Assembly (NCBI GenBank): GCA_964016885.1
Contig: OZ024743.1
Span: 236,530,001 to 236,594,000, forward strand
Direction of reading: 5' to 3'
Length of the DNA stretch: 64,000 nucleotides
Source: Eledone cirrhosa
Lineage: Eukaryota
A program made the translations under genes and the position numbers. Shown here piece after piece: positions 1-13,424 of the stretch. A model generated the notes under the pieces. That model was not told the origin of the DNA. It saw nothing but the letters and a program-made list of their open reading frames with translations, and did not search any database. Each line of letters starts with the position of its first letter. Position 1 is the first letter of the stretch.

Positions 1-513
1 ACTGGTTGTATGTTCCTTCAGTCAATCTCCTATACTACTGGTTGTATGTTCCTTCAGTCAATCTCCTATACTACGGATTGTATGTTCCTTCAGTCAATCT
101 CTTATACTACTGGTTGTATGTTCCTTCAGTCAATCTCCTATACTACGGATTGTATATTCCTTCAGTCAATCTCCTATACTACAGGTTGTATGTTCCTTCA
201 GTCAATCTCCTATACTACTGGTTGTATATTCCTTCAGTCAATCTCCTATACTACTGGTTGTATGTTCCTTCAGTCAATCTCCTATACTACGGATTGTATG
301 TTCCTTCAGTCAATCTCCTATACTACTGGTTGTATATTCCTACAATCAATCTCCTATACTACTGGTTGTATGTTCCTTCAGTCAATCTCCTATACTACAG
401 GTTGTATGTACCTTCAGTCAATCTCCTATACTACGGGTTGTATGTTCCTTCAGTCAATCTCCTATACTACTGGTTGTATGTTCCTTCAGTAAATCTCCTA
501 TGCTACGGGTTGT

Positions 514-3500
514 ATGTTCCTTCAGTCAATCTCCTATACTACGGGTTGTATGTTCCTTCAGTCAATCTCCTATACTACGGGTTGTAAGTTCCTTCAGTCA
601 ATCTCCTATACTACGGGTTGTATGTTCCTTCAGTCAATCTCCTATACTACTGGTTGTATGTTCCTTCAGTCAATCTCCTATACTACGGATTGTATGTTCC
701 TTCAGTCAATCTCCTATACTACTGGTTGTATGTTCCTTCAGTCAATCTCCTATACTACTGGTTGTATGTTCCTTCAATCAATCTCCTATACTACAGGTTG
801 TATGTACCTTCAGTCAATCTCCTATACTACGGGTTGTATGTTCCTTCAGTCAATCTCCTATACTACTGGTTGTATGTTCCTTCAGTCAATCTCCTATACT
901 ACGGGTTGTATGTTCCTTCAGTCAATCTCCTATACTACGGGTTGTATGTTCCTTCAGTCAATCTCCTATACTACGGGTTGTATGTTCCTTCAGTCAATCT
1001 CCTATACTACGGGTTGTATGTTCCTTCAGTCAATCTCCTATACTACGGGTTGTATGTTCCTTCAGTCAATCTCCTATTATACGGGTTGTATGTTCCTTCA
1101 GTCAATCTCCTATACTACTGGTTGTATGTTCCTTCAGTCAATCTCCTATACTACGGGTTGTATGTTCCTTCAGTCAATCTCCTATACTACGGGTTGTATG
1201 TTCCTTCAGTCAATCTCGTATACTACATGTTGTATGTTCCTTCAGTCAATCTCCTATACTACTGGTTGTATGTTCCTTCAGTCAATCTCCTATACTACAG
1301 GTTGTATGTTCCTTCAGTCAATCTCCTATACTACTGTTTGTATATTCCTTCAGTCAATCTCCTATACTACAGGTTGTATGTTCCTTCAGTCAATCTCCTA
1401 TACTACTGGTTGTATGTTCCTTCAGTCAATCTCCTATACTACGGGTTGTATGTTCCTTCAGTCAATCTCCTATACTACAGGTTGTATGTTCCTTCAGTCA
1501 ATCCCCTATACTACTGGTTGGATATTCCTTCAGTCAATCCCCTATACTACTGGTTGTATATTCCTTCAGTCAATCTCCTATACTACTGGTTGTATGTTCC
1601 TTCAGTCAATCTCCTATACTACAGGTTGTATGTTCCTTCAGTCAATCTCTTATAAAACTGGTTGTATGTTCCTTCAGTCAATCTCCTATACTACTGGTTG
1701 TATGTTGCTTCAGTCAATATCCTATACTACTGGTTGTATGTTCCTTCAGTCAATCTCCTATAATACTGGTTGTATGTTCCTTCAGTCAATCTCCTATACT
1801 ACTGGTTGTATATTCCTTCAGTTAATCTACTATACTACGTGTTGTATATTCCTTCAGTCAATCTCCTATACTACTGGTTGTATATTCCTTCAGTCAATCT
1901 CCTATACTACTGGTTGTATGTTCCTTCAGTCAATCTCCTATACTACAGGTTGTATGTACCTTCAGTCAATCTCCTATACTACGGGTTGTATGTTCCTTCA
2001 GTCAATCTCCTATACTACTGGTTGTATGTTCCTTCAGTCAATCTCCTATACTACGGGTTGCATGTACCTTCAGTCAATCTCCTATACTACGGGTTGTATG
2101 TTCTTTCAGTCAATCTCCTATACTACTGGTTGTATGTTCCTTCAGTCAATCTCCTATACTACAGGTTGTATATTCCTTCAGTCAATCTCCTATACTACAG
2201 GTTGTATGTTCCTTCAGTCAATCTCCTATACTACAGGTTGTATATTCCTTCAGTCAATCTCCTATACTACAGGTTGTATGTTCCTTCAGTCAATCTCATA
2301 TACTACTGGTCGTATATTCCTTCAGTCAATCTCCTATACTACAGGTTGTATATTCCTTCAGTCAATCTCCTATACTACAGGCTGTATGTTCCTTCAGTCA
2401 ATCTCCTATACTACTGGTTGTATATTCCTTCAGTCAATCTCCTATACTACAGGTTGTATCTTCCTTCAGTCAATCTCCTATATTACAGGCTGTATGTTCC
2501 TTCAGTCAATCTCCTATACTACTGGTTGTATATTCCTTCAGTCAATCTCCTATACTACAGGTTGTATGTTCCTTCAGTCAATCTCATATACTACTGGTCG
2601 TATATTCCTTCAGTCAATCTCCTATACTACAGGTTGTATATTCCTTCAGTCAATCTCCTATACTACAGGCTGTATGTTCCTTCAGTCAATCTCCTATACT
2701 ACTGGTTGTATATTCCTTCAGTTAATCTCCTATACTACTGGTTGTATGTTCCTTCAGTCAATCTCCTATACTACTGGTGGTATGTTCCTTCAGTCAATCT
2801 CCTATACTACTGGTTGTATATTCCTTCAGTCAATCTCCTATACTACAGGTTGTATATTCCTTCAGTTAATCTCCTATACTACTGGTTGTAGGTTCCTTCA
2901 GTTAATCTCCTATACTACTGGTTGTATGTTCCTTCAGTCAATCTCCTATACTACAGGTTGAATATTCCTTCAGTCAATCTCCTTTACTACTGGTTGTATG
3001 TTCCTTCAGTCAATCTCCTATACTACGGATTGTATGTTCCTTCAGTCAATCTCCTATACTACTGGTTGTATGTTCCTTCAGTCAATCTCCTATACTACGG
3101 ATTGTATGTTCCTTCAATTAATCTCCTATACTACTGGTTGTATGTTCCTTCAGTCAATCTCCTATACTACTGGTTGTATGTTCCTTCAGTCAATCTCCTA
3201 TACTACGGATTGTATGTTCCTTCAGTCAATCTCTTATACTACTGGTTGTATGTTCCTTCAGTCAATCTCCTATACTACGGATTGTATATTCCTTCAGTCA
3301 ATCTCCTATACTACAGGTTGTATGTTCCTTCAGTCAATCTCCTATACTACTGGTTGTATATTCCTTCAGTCAATCTCCTATACTACTGGTTGTATGTTCC
3401 TTCAGTCAATCTCCTATACTACGGATTGTATGTTCCTTCAGTCAATCTCCTATACTACTGGTTGTATATTCCTACAATCAATCTCCTATACTACTGGTTG

Positions 3501-3645
3501 TATGTTCCTTCAGTCAATCTCCTATACTACAGGTTGTATGTACCTTCAGTCAATCTCCTATACTACGGGTTGTATGTTCCTTCAGTCAATCTCCTATACT
3601 ACTGGTTGTATGTTCCTTCAGTAAATCTCCTATACTACGGGTTGT
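514..3645. repeat. 87-monomer (3,132 bp) higher-order unit; full near-copy at 26452-29583
   Basis: The rare GTAAG marker recurs at a 3,132-bp spacing (stop ends 587/3719 and 26525/29657). ORFs 514..2961 and 26452..28899 are both 815 aa with the same order of variants. Confidence 0.88.
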
Positions 3646-5400
3646 ATGTTCCTTCAGTCAATCTCCTATACTACGGGTTGTACGTTCCTTCAGTCAATCT
3701 CCTATACTACGGGTTGTAAGTTCCTTCAGTCAATCTCCTATACTACGGGTTGTATGTTCCTTCAGTCAATCTCCTATACTACTGGTTGTATGTTCCTTCA
3801 GTCAATCTCCTATACTACGGATTGTATGTTCCTTCAGTCAATCTCCTATACTACTGGTTGTATGTTCCTTCAGTCAATCTCCTATACTACTGGTTGTATG
3901 TTCCTTCAATCAATCTCCTATACTACAGGTTGTATGTACCTTCAGTCAATCTCCTATACTACGGGTTGTATGTTCCTTCAGTCAATCTCCTATACTACTG
4001 GTTGTATGTTCCTTCAGTCAATCTCCTATACTACGGGTTGTATGTTCCTTCAGTCAATCTCCTATACTACGGGTTGTATGTTCCTTCAGTCAATCTCCTA
4101 TACTACGGGTTGTATGTTCCTTCAGTCAATCTCCTATACTACGGGTTGTATGTTCCTTCAGTCAATCTCCTATACTACGGGTTGTATGTTCCTTCAGTCA
4201 ATCTCCTATTATACGGGTTGTATGTTCCTTCAGTCAATCTCCTATACTACTGGTTGTATGTTCCTTCAGTCAATCTCCTATACTACGGGTTGTATGTTCC
4301 TTCAGTCAATCTCCTATACTACGGGTTGTATGTTCCTTCAGTCAATCTCGTATACTACATGTTGTATGTTCCTTCAGTCAATCTCCTATACTACTGGTTG
4401 TATGTTCCTTCAGTCAATCTCCTATACTACAGGTTGTATGTTCCTTCAGTCAATCTCCTATACTACTGTTTGTATATTCCTTCAGTCAATCTCCTATACT
4501 ACAGGTTGTATGTTCCTTCAGTCAATCTCCTATACTACTGGTTGTATGTTCCTTCAGTCAATCTCCTATACTACGGGTTGTATGTTCCTTCAGTCAATCT
4601 CCTATACTACAGGTTGTATGTTCCTTCAGTCAATCCCCTATACTACTGGTTGGATATTCCTTCAGTCAATCCCCTATACTACTGGTTGTATATTCCTTCA
4701 GTCAATCTCCTATACTACTGGTTGTATGTTCCTTCAGTCAATCTCCTATACTACAGGTTGTATGTTCCTTCAGTCAATCTCTTATAAAACTGGTTGTATG
4801 TTCCTTCAGTCAATCTCCTATACTACTGGTTGTATGTTGCTTCAGTCAATATCCTATACTACTGGTTGTATGTTCCTTCAGTCAATCTCCTATAATACTG
4901 GTTGTATGTTCCTTCAGTCAATCTCCTATACTACTGGTTGTATATTCCTTCAGTTAATCTACTATACTACGTGTTGTATATTCCTTCAGTCAATCTCCTA
5001 TACTACTGGTTGTATATTCCTTCAGTCAATCTCCTATACTACTGGTTGTATGTTCCTTCAGTCAATCTCCTATACTACAGGTTGTATGTACCTTCAGTCA
5101 ATCTCCTATACTACGGGTTGTATGTTCCTTCAGTCAATCTCCTATACTACTGGTTGTATGTTCCTTCAGTCAATCTCCTATACTACGGGTTGCATGTACC
5201 TTCAGTCAATCTCCTATACTACGGGTTGTATGTTCCTTCAGTCAATCTCCTATACTACTGGTTGTATGTTCCTTCAGTCAATCTCCTATACTACAGGTTG
5301 TATGTACCTTCAGTCAATCTCCTATACTACGGGTTGTATGTTCCTTCAGTCAATCTCCTATACTACTGGTTGTATGTTCCTTCAGTCAATCTCCTATACT

Positions 5401-5427
5401 ACGGTCCTTCAGTCAATCTCCTATACT
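5401..5427. other. 27-bp truncated monomer (9-bp deletion), copy 1
   Basis: ACGGTCCTTC in place of ACGGGTTGTATGTTCCTTC; the register shifts by 9. Confidence 0.95.
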
Positions 5428-5539
5428 ACGGGTTGTATGTTCCTTCAGTCAATCTCCTATACTACGGGTTGTAAGTTCCTTCAGTCAATCTCCTATACTA
5501 CGGGTTGTATGTTTCTTCAGTCAATCTCCTATAATACTG

Positions 5540-8500
5540 GTTGTATGTTCCTTCAGTCAATCTCCTATACTACGGATTGTATGTTCCTTCAGTCAATCTC
5601 CTATACTACTGGTTGTATGTTCCTTCAGTCAATCTCCTATACTACTGGTTGTATGTTCCTTCAATCAATCTCCTATACTACAGGTTGTATGTACCTTCAG
5701 TCAATCTCCTATACTACGGGTTGTATGTTCCTTCAGTCAATCTCCTATACTACTGGTTGTATGTTCCTTCAGTCAATCTCCTATACTACGGGTTGTATGT
5801 TCCTTCAGTCAATCTCCTATACTACGGGTTGTATGTTCCTTCAGTCAATCTCCTATACTACGGGTTGTATGTTCCTTCAGTCAATCTCCTATACTACGGG
5901 TTGTATGTTCCTTCAGTCAATCTCCTATACTACGGGTTGTATGTTCCTTCAGTCAATCTCCTATTCTACGGGTTGTATGTTCCTTCAGTCAATCTCCTAT
6001 ACTACAGGTTGTATGTTCCTTCAGTCAATCTCCTATACTACTGGTTGTATGTTCCTTCAGTCAATCTCCTATACTACTGGTTGTATGTTCCTTCAGTCAA
6101 TCTCCTATACTACTGGTTGTATATTCCTTCAGTCAATCTCCTATACTACAGGTTGTATGTTCCTTCAGTCAAACTCCTATACTACTGGTTGTATGTTCCT
6201 TCAGTCAATCTCCTATACTACTGGTGGTATGTTCCTTCAGTCAATCTCCTATACTACTGGTTGTATATTCCTTCAGTCAATCTCCTATACTACAGGTTGT
6301 ATATTCCTTCAGTTAATCTCCTATACTACTGGTTGTAGGTTCCTTCAGTTAATCTCCTATACTACTGGTTGTATGTTCCTTCAGTCAATCTCCTATACTA
6401 CAGGTTGAATATTCCTTCAGTCAATCTCCTTTACTACTGGTTGTATGTTCCTTCAGTCAATCTCCTATACTACGGATTGTATGTTCCTTCAGTCAATCTC
6501 CTATACTACTGGTTGTATGTTCCTTCAGTCAATCTCCTATACTACGGATTGTATGTTCCTTCAATCAATCTCCTATACTACTGGTTGTATGTTCCTTCAG
6601 TCAATCTCCTATACTACTGGTTGTATGTTCCTTCAGTCAATCTCCTATACTACGGATTGTATGTTCCTTCAGTCAATCTCCTATACTACTGGTTGTATGT
6701 TCCTTCAGTCAATCTCCTATACTACGGGTTGTATGTTCCTTCAGTCAATCTCCTATACTACGGGTTGTAAGTTCCTTCAGTCAATCTCCTATACTACGGG
6801 TTGTATGTTCCTTCAGTCAATCTCCTATACTACTGGTTGTATGTTCCTTCAGTCAATCTCCTATACTACGGGTTGTATGTTCCTTCAGTCAATCTCCTAT
6901 ACTACGGGTTGTATGTTCCTTCAGTCAATCTCGTATACTACATGTTGTATGTTCCTTCAGTCAATCTCCTATACTACTGGTTGTATGTTCCTTCAGTCAA
7001 TCTCCTATACTACAGGTTGTATGTTCCTTCAGTCAATCTCCTATACTACTGTTTGTATATTCCTTCAGTCAATCTCCTATACTACAGGTTGTATGTTCCT
7101 TCAGTCAATCTCCTATACTACTGGTTGTATGTTCCTTCAGTCAATCTCCTATACTACGGGTTGTATGTTCCTTCAGTCAATCTCCTATACTACAGGTTGT
7201 ATGTTCCTTCAGTCAATCCCCTATACTACTGGTTGGATATTCCTTCAGTCAATCCCCTATACTACTGGTTGTATATTCCTTCAGTCAATCTCCTATACTA
7301 CTGGTTGTATGTTCCTTCAGTCAATCTCCTATACTACAGGTTGTATGTTCCTTCAGTCAATCTCTTATAAAACTGGTTGTATGTTCCTTCAGTCAATCTC
7401 CTATACTACTGGTTGTATGTTGCTTCAGTCAATATCCTATACTACTGGTTGTATGTTCCTTCAGTCAATCTCCTATAATACTGGTTGTATGTTCCTTCAG
7501 TCAATCTCCTATACTACTGGTTGTATATTCCTTCAGTTAATCTACTATACTACGTGTTGTATATTCCTTCAGTCAATCTCCTATACTACTGGTTGTATAT
7601 TCCTTCAGTCAATCTCCTATACTACTGGTTGTATGTTCCTTCAGTCAATCTCCTATACTACAGGTTGTATGTACCTTCAGTCAATCTCCTATACTACGGG
7701 TTGTATGTTCCTTCAGTCAATCTCCTATACTACTGGTTGTATGTTCCTTCAGTCAATCTCCTATACTACGGGTTGCATGTACCTTCAGTCAATCTCCTAT
7801 ACTACGGGTTGTATGTTCTTTCAGTCAATCTCCTATACTACTGGTTGTATGTTCCTTCAGTCAATCTCCTATACTACAGGTTGTATATTCCTTCAGTCAA
7901 TCTCCTATACTACAGGTTGTATGTTCCTTCAGTCAATCTCCTATACTACAGGTTGTATATTCCTTCAGTCAATCTCCTATACTACAGGTTGTATGTTCCT
8001 TCAGTCAATCTCATATACTACTGGTCGTATATTCCTTCAGTCAATCTCCTATACTACAGGTTGTATATTCCTTCAGTCAATCTCCTATACTACAGGCTGT
8101 ATGTTCCTTCAGTCAATCTCCTATACTACTGGTTGTATATTCCTTCAGTCAATCTCCTATACTACAGGTTGTATCTTCCTTCAGTCAATCTCCTATATTA
8201 CAGGCTGTATGTTCCTTCAGTCAATCTCCTATACTACTGGTTGTATATTCCTTCAGTCAATCTCCTATACTACAGGTTGTATGTTCCTTCAGTCAATCTC
8301 ATATACTACTGGTCGTATATTCCTTCAGTCAATCTCCTATACTACAGGTTGTATATTCCTTCAGTCAATCTCCTATACTACAGGCTGTATGTTCCTTCAG
8401 TCAATCTCCTATACTACTGGTTGTATATTCCTTCAGTTAATCTCCTATACTACTGGTTGTATGTTCCTTCAGTCAATCTCCTATACTACTGGTGGTATGT

Positions 8501-11500
8501 TCCTTCAGTCAATCTCCTATACTACTGGTTGTATATTCCTTCAGTCAATCTCCTATACTACAGGTTGTATATTCCTTCAGTTAATCTCCTATACTACTGG
8601 TTGTAGGTTCCTTCAGTTAATCTCCTATACTACTGGTTGTATGTTCCTTCAGTCAATCTCCTATACTACAGGTTGAATATTCCTTCAGTCAATCTCCTTT
8701 ACTACTGGTTGTATGTTCCTTCAGTCAATCTCCTATACTACGGATTGTATGTTCCTTCAGTCAATCTCCTATACTACTGGTTGTATGTTCCTTCAGTCAA
8801 TCTCCTATACTACGGATTGTATGTTCCTTCAATTAATCTCCTATACTACTGGTTGTATGTTCCTTCAGTCAATCTCCTATACTACTGGTTGTATGTTCCT
8901 TCAGTCAATCTCCTATACTACGGATTGTATGTTCCTTCAGTCAATCTCTTATACTACTGGTTGTATGTTCCTTCAGTCAATCTCCTATACTACGGATTGT
9001 ATATTCCTTCAGTCAATCTCCTATACTACAGGTTGTATGTTCCTTCAGTCAATCTCCTATACTACTGGTTGTATATTCCTTCAGTCAATCTCCTATACTA
9101 CTGGTTGTATGTTCCTTCAGTCAATCTCCTATACTACGGATTGTATGTTCCTTCAGTCAATCTCCTATACTACTGGTTGTATATTCCTACAATCAATCTC
9201 CTATACTACTGGTTGTATGTTCCTTCAGTCAATCTCCTATACTACAGGTTGTATGTACCTTCAGTCAATCTCCTATACTACGGGTTGTATGTTCCTTCAG
9301 TCAATCTCCTATACTACTGGTTGTATGTTCCTTCAGTAAATCTCCTATACTACGGGTTGTATGTTCCTTCAGTCAATCTCCTATACTACGGGTTGTACGT
9401 TCCTTCAGTCAATCTCCTATACTACGGGTTGTAAGTTCCTTCAGTCAATCTCCTATACTACGGGTTGTATGTTCCTTCAGTCAATCTCCTATACTACTGG
9501 TTGTATGTTCCTTCAGTCAATCTCCTATACTACGGATTGTATGTTCCTTCAGTCAATCTCCTATACTACTGGTTGTATGTTCCTTCAGTCAATCTCCTAT
9601 ACTACTGGTTGTATGTTCCTTCAATCAATCTCCTATACTACAGGTTGTATGTACCTTCAGTCAATCTCCTATACTACGGGTTGTATGTTCCTTCAGTCAA
9701 TCTCCTATACTACTGGTTGTATGTTCCTTCAGTCAATCTCCTATACTACGGGTTGTATGTTCCTTCAGTCAATCTCCTATACTACGGGTTGTATGTTCCT
9801 TCAGTCAATCTCCTATACTACGGGTTGTATGTTCCTTCAGTCAATCTCCTATACTACGGGTTGTATGTTCCTTCAGTCAATCTCCTATACTACGGGTTGT
9901 ATGTTCCTTCAGTCAATCTCCTATTCTACGGGTTGTATGTTCCTTCAGTCAATCTCCTATACTACAGGTTGTATGTTCCTTCAGTCAATCTCCTATACTA
10001 CTGGTTGTATGTTCCTTCAGTCAATCTCCTATACTACTGGTTGTATGTTCCTTCAGTCAATCTCCTATACTACTGGTTGTATATTCCTTCAGTCAATCTC
10101 CTATACTACAGGTTGTATGTTCCTTCAGTCAAACTCCTATACTACTGGTTGTATGTTCCTTCAGTCAATCTCCTATACTACTGGTGGTATGTTCCTTCAG
10201 TCAATCTCCTATACTACTGGTTGTATATTCCTTCAGTCAATCTCCTATACTACAGGTTGTATATTCCTTCAGTTAATCTCCTATACTACTGGTTGTAGGT
10301 TCCTTCAGTTAATCTCCTATACTACTGGTTGTATGTTCCTTCAGTCAATCTCCTATACTACAGGTTGAATATTCCTTCAGTCAATCTCCTTTACTACTGG
10401 TTGTATGTTCCTTCAGTCAATCTCCTATACTACGGATTGTATGTTCCTTCAGTCAATCTCCTATACTACTGGTTGTATGTTCCTTCAGTCAATCTCCTAT
10501 ACTACGGATTGTATGTTCCTTCAATCAATCTCCTATACTACTGGTTGTATGTTCCTTCAGTCAATCTCCTATACTACTGGTTGTATGTTCCTTCAGTCAA
10601 TCTCCTATACTACGGATTGTATGTTCCTTCAGTCAATCTCCTATACTACTGGTTGTATGTTCCTTCAGTCAATCTCCTATACTACGGGTTGTATGTTCCT
10701 TCAGTCAATCTCCTATACTACGGGTTGTAAGTTCCTTCAGTCAATCTCCTATACTACGGGTTGTATGTTCCTTCAGTCAATCTCCTATACTACTGGTTGT
10801 ATGTTCCTTCAGTCAATCTCCTATACTACGGGTTGTATGTTCCTTCAGTCAATCTCCTATACTACGGGTTGTATGTTCCTTCAGTCAATCTCGTATACTA
10901 CATGTTGTATGTTCCTTCAGTCAATCTCCTATACTACTGGTTGTATGTTCCTTCAGTCAATCTCCTATACTACAGGTTGTATGTTCCTTCAGTCAATCTC
11001 CTATACTACTGTTTGTATATTCCTTCAGTCAATCTCCTATACTACAGGTTGTATGTTCCTTCAGTCAATCTCCTATACTACTGGTTGTATGTTCCTTCAG
11101 TCAATCTCCTATACTACGGGTTGTATGTTCCTTCAGTCAATCTCCTATACTACAGGTTGTATGTTCCTTCAGTCAATCCCCTATACTACTGGTTGGATAT
11201 TCCTTCAGTCAATCCCCTATACTACTGGTTGTATATTCCTTCAGTCAATCTCCTATACTACTGGTTGTATGTTCCTTCAGTCAATCTCCTATACTACAGG
11301 TTGTATGTTCCTTCAGTCAATCTCTTATAAAACTGGTTGTATGTTCCTTCAGTCAATCTCCTATACTACTGGTTGTATGTTGCTTCAGTCAATATCCTAT
11401 ACTACTGGTTGTATGTTCCTTCAGTCAATCTCCTATAATACTGGTTGTATGTTCCTTCAGTCAATCTCCTATACTACTGGTTGTATATTCCTTCAGTTAA

Positions 11501-13424
11501 TCTACTATACTACGTGTTGTATATTCCTTCAGTCAATCTCCTATACTACTGGTTGTATATTCCTTCAGTCAATCTCCTATACTACTGGTTGTATGTTCCT
11601 TCAGTCAATCTCCTATACTACAGGTTGTATGTACCTTCAGTCAATCTCCTATACTACGGGTTGTATGTTCCTTCAGTCAATCTCCTATACTACTGGTTGT
11701 ATGTTCCTTCAGTCAATCTCCTATACTACGGGTTGCATGTACCTTCAGTCAATCTCCTATACTACGGGTTGTATGTTCTTTCAGTCAATCTCCTATACTA
11801 CTGGTTGTATGTTCCTTCAGTCAATCTCCTATACTACAGGTTGTATATTCCTTCAGTCAATCTCCTATACTACAGGTTGTATGTTCCTTCAGTCAATCTC
11901 CTATACTACAGGTTGTATATTCCTTCAGTCAATCTCCTATACTACAGGTTGTATGTTCCTTCAGTCAATCTCATATACTACTGGTCGTATATTCCTTCAG
12001 TCAATCTCCTATACTACAGGTTGTATATTCCTTCAGTCAATCTCCTATACTACAGGCTGTATGTTCCTTCAGTCAATCTCCTATACTACTGGTTGTATAT
12101 TCCTTCAGTCAATCTCCTATACTACAGGTTGTATCTTCCTTCAGTCAATCTCCTATATTACAGGCTGTATGTTCCTTCAGTCAATCTCCTATACTACTGG
12201 TTGTATATTCCTTCAGTCAATCTCCTATACTACAGGTTGTATGTTCCTTCAGTCAATCTCATATACTACTGGTCGTATATTCCTTCAGTCAATCTCCTAT
12301 ACTACAGGTTGTATATTCCTTCAGTCAATCTCCTATACTACAGGCTGTATGTTCCTTCAGTCAATCTCCTATACTACTGGTTGTATATTCCTTCAGTTAA
12401 TCTCCTATACTACTGGTGGTATGTTCCTTCAGTCAATCTCCTATACTACTGGTTGTATATTCCTTCAGTCAATCTCCTATACTACAGGTTGTATATTCCT
12501 TCAGTTAATCTCCTATACTACTGGTTGTAGGTTCCTTCAGTTAATCTCCTATACTACTGGTTGTATGTTCCTTCAGTCAATCTCCTATACTACAGGTTGA
12601 ATATTCCTTCAGTCAATCTCCTTTACTACTGGTTGTATGTTCCTTCAGTCAATCTCCTATACTACGGATTGTATGTTCCTTCAGTCAATCTCCTATACTA
12701 CTGGTTGTATGTTCCTTCAGTCAATCTCCTATACTACGGATTGTATGTTCCTTCAATTAATCTCCTATACTACTGGTTGTATGTTCCTTCAGTCAATCTC
12801 CTATACTACTGGTTGTATGTTCCTTCAGTCAATCTCCTATACTACGGATTGTATGTTCCTTCAGTCAATCTCTTATACTACTGGTTGTATGTTCCTTCAG
12901 TCAATCTCCTATACTACGGATTGTATATTCCTTCAGTCAATCTCCTATACTACAGGTTGTATGTTCCTTCAGTCAATCTCCTATACTACTGGTTGTATAT
13001 TCCTTCAGTCAATCTCCTATACTACTGGTTGTATGTTCCTTCAGTCAATCTCCTATACTACGGATTGTATGTTCCTTCAGTCAATCTCCTATACTACTGG
13101 TTGTATATTCCTACAATCAATCTCCTATACTACTGGTTGTATGTTCCTTCAGTCAATCTCCTATACTACAGGTTGTATGTACCTTCAGTCAATCTCCTAT
13201 ACTACGGGTTGTATGTTCCTTCAGTCAATCTCCTATACTACTGGTTGTATGTTCCTTCAGTAAATCTCCTATACTACGGGTTGTATGTTCCTTCAGTCAA
13301 TCTCCTATACTACGGGTTGTACGTTCCTTCAGTCAATCTCCTATACTACGGGTTGTAAGTTCCTTCAGTCAATCTCCTATACTACGGGTTGTATGTTCCT
13401 TCAGTCAATCTCCTATACTACTGG
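5540..13424. repeat. Tandem duplication of a ~3.96-kb (110-monomer) block; second copy is one monomer shorter
   Basis: Matching ORF pairs at offset 3,960 (6369/10329, 6801/10761, 7485/11445), then 3,924 after a one-monomer loss near 12.4 kb (8637/12561). Confidence 0.88.

Noticed and set aside
1-180. Five monomers = 180 bp as a nucleosome-length higher-order unit
   Set aside because: I saw no consistent 5-monomer periodicity in the variants; the observed periods (2, 8, 47, 62, 63, 66, 73, 87) are often not multiples of 5.
1645-1780. TATAAAA and TATAAT words as promoters
   Set aside because: They are one or two substitutions from the consensus TATACTA, with no -35 element, initiator or downstream gene.
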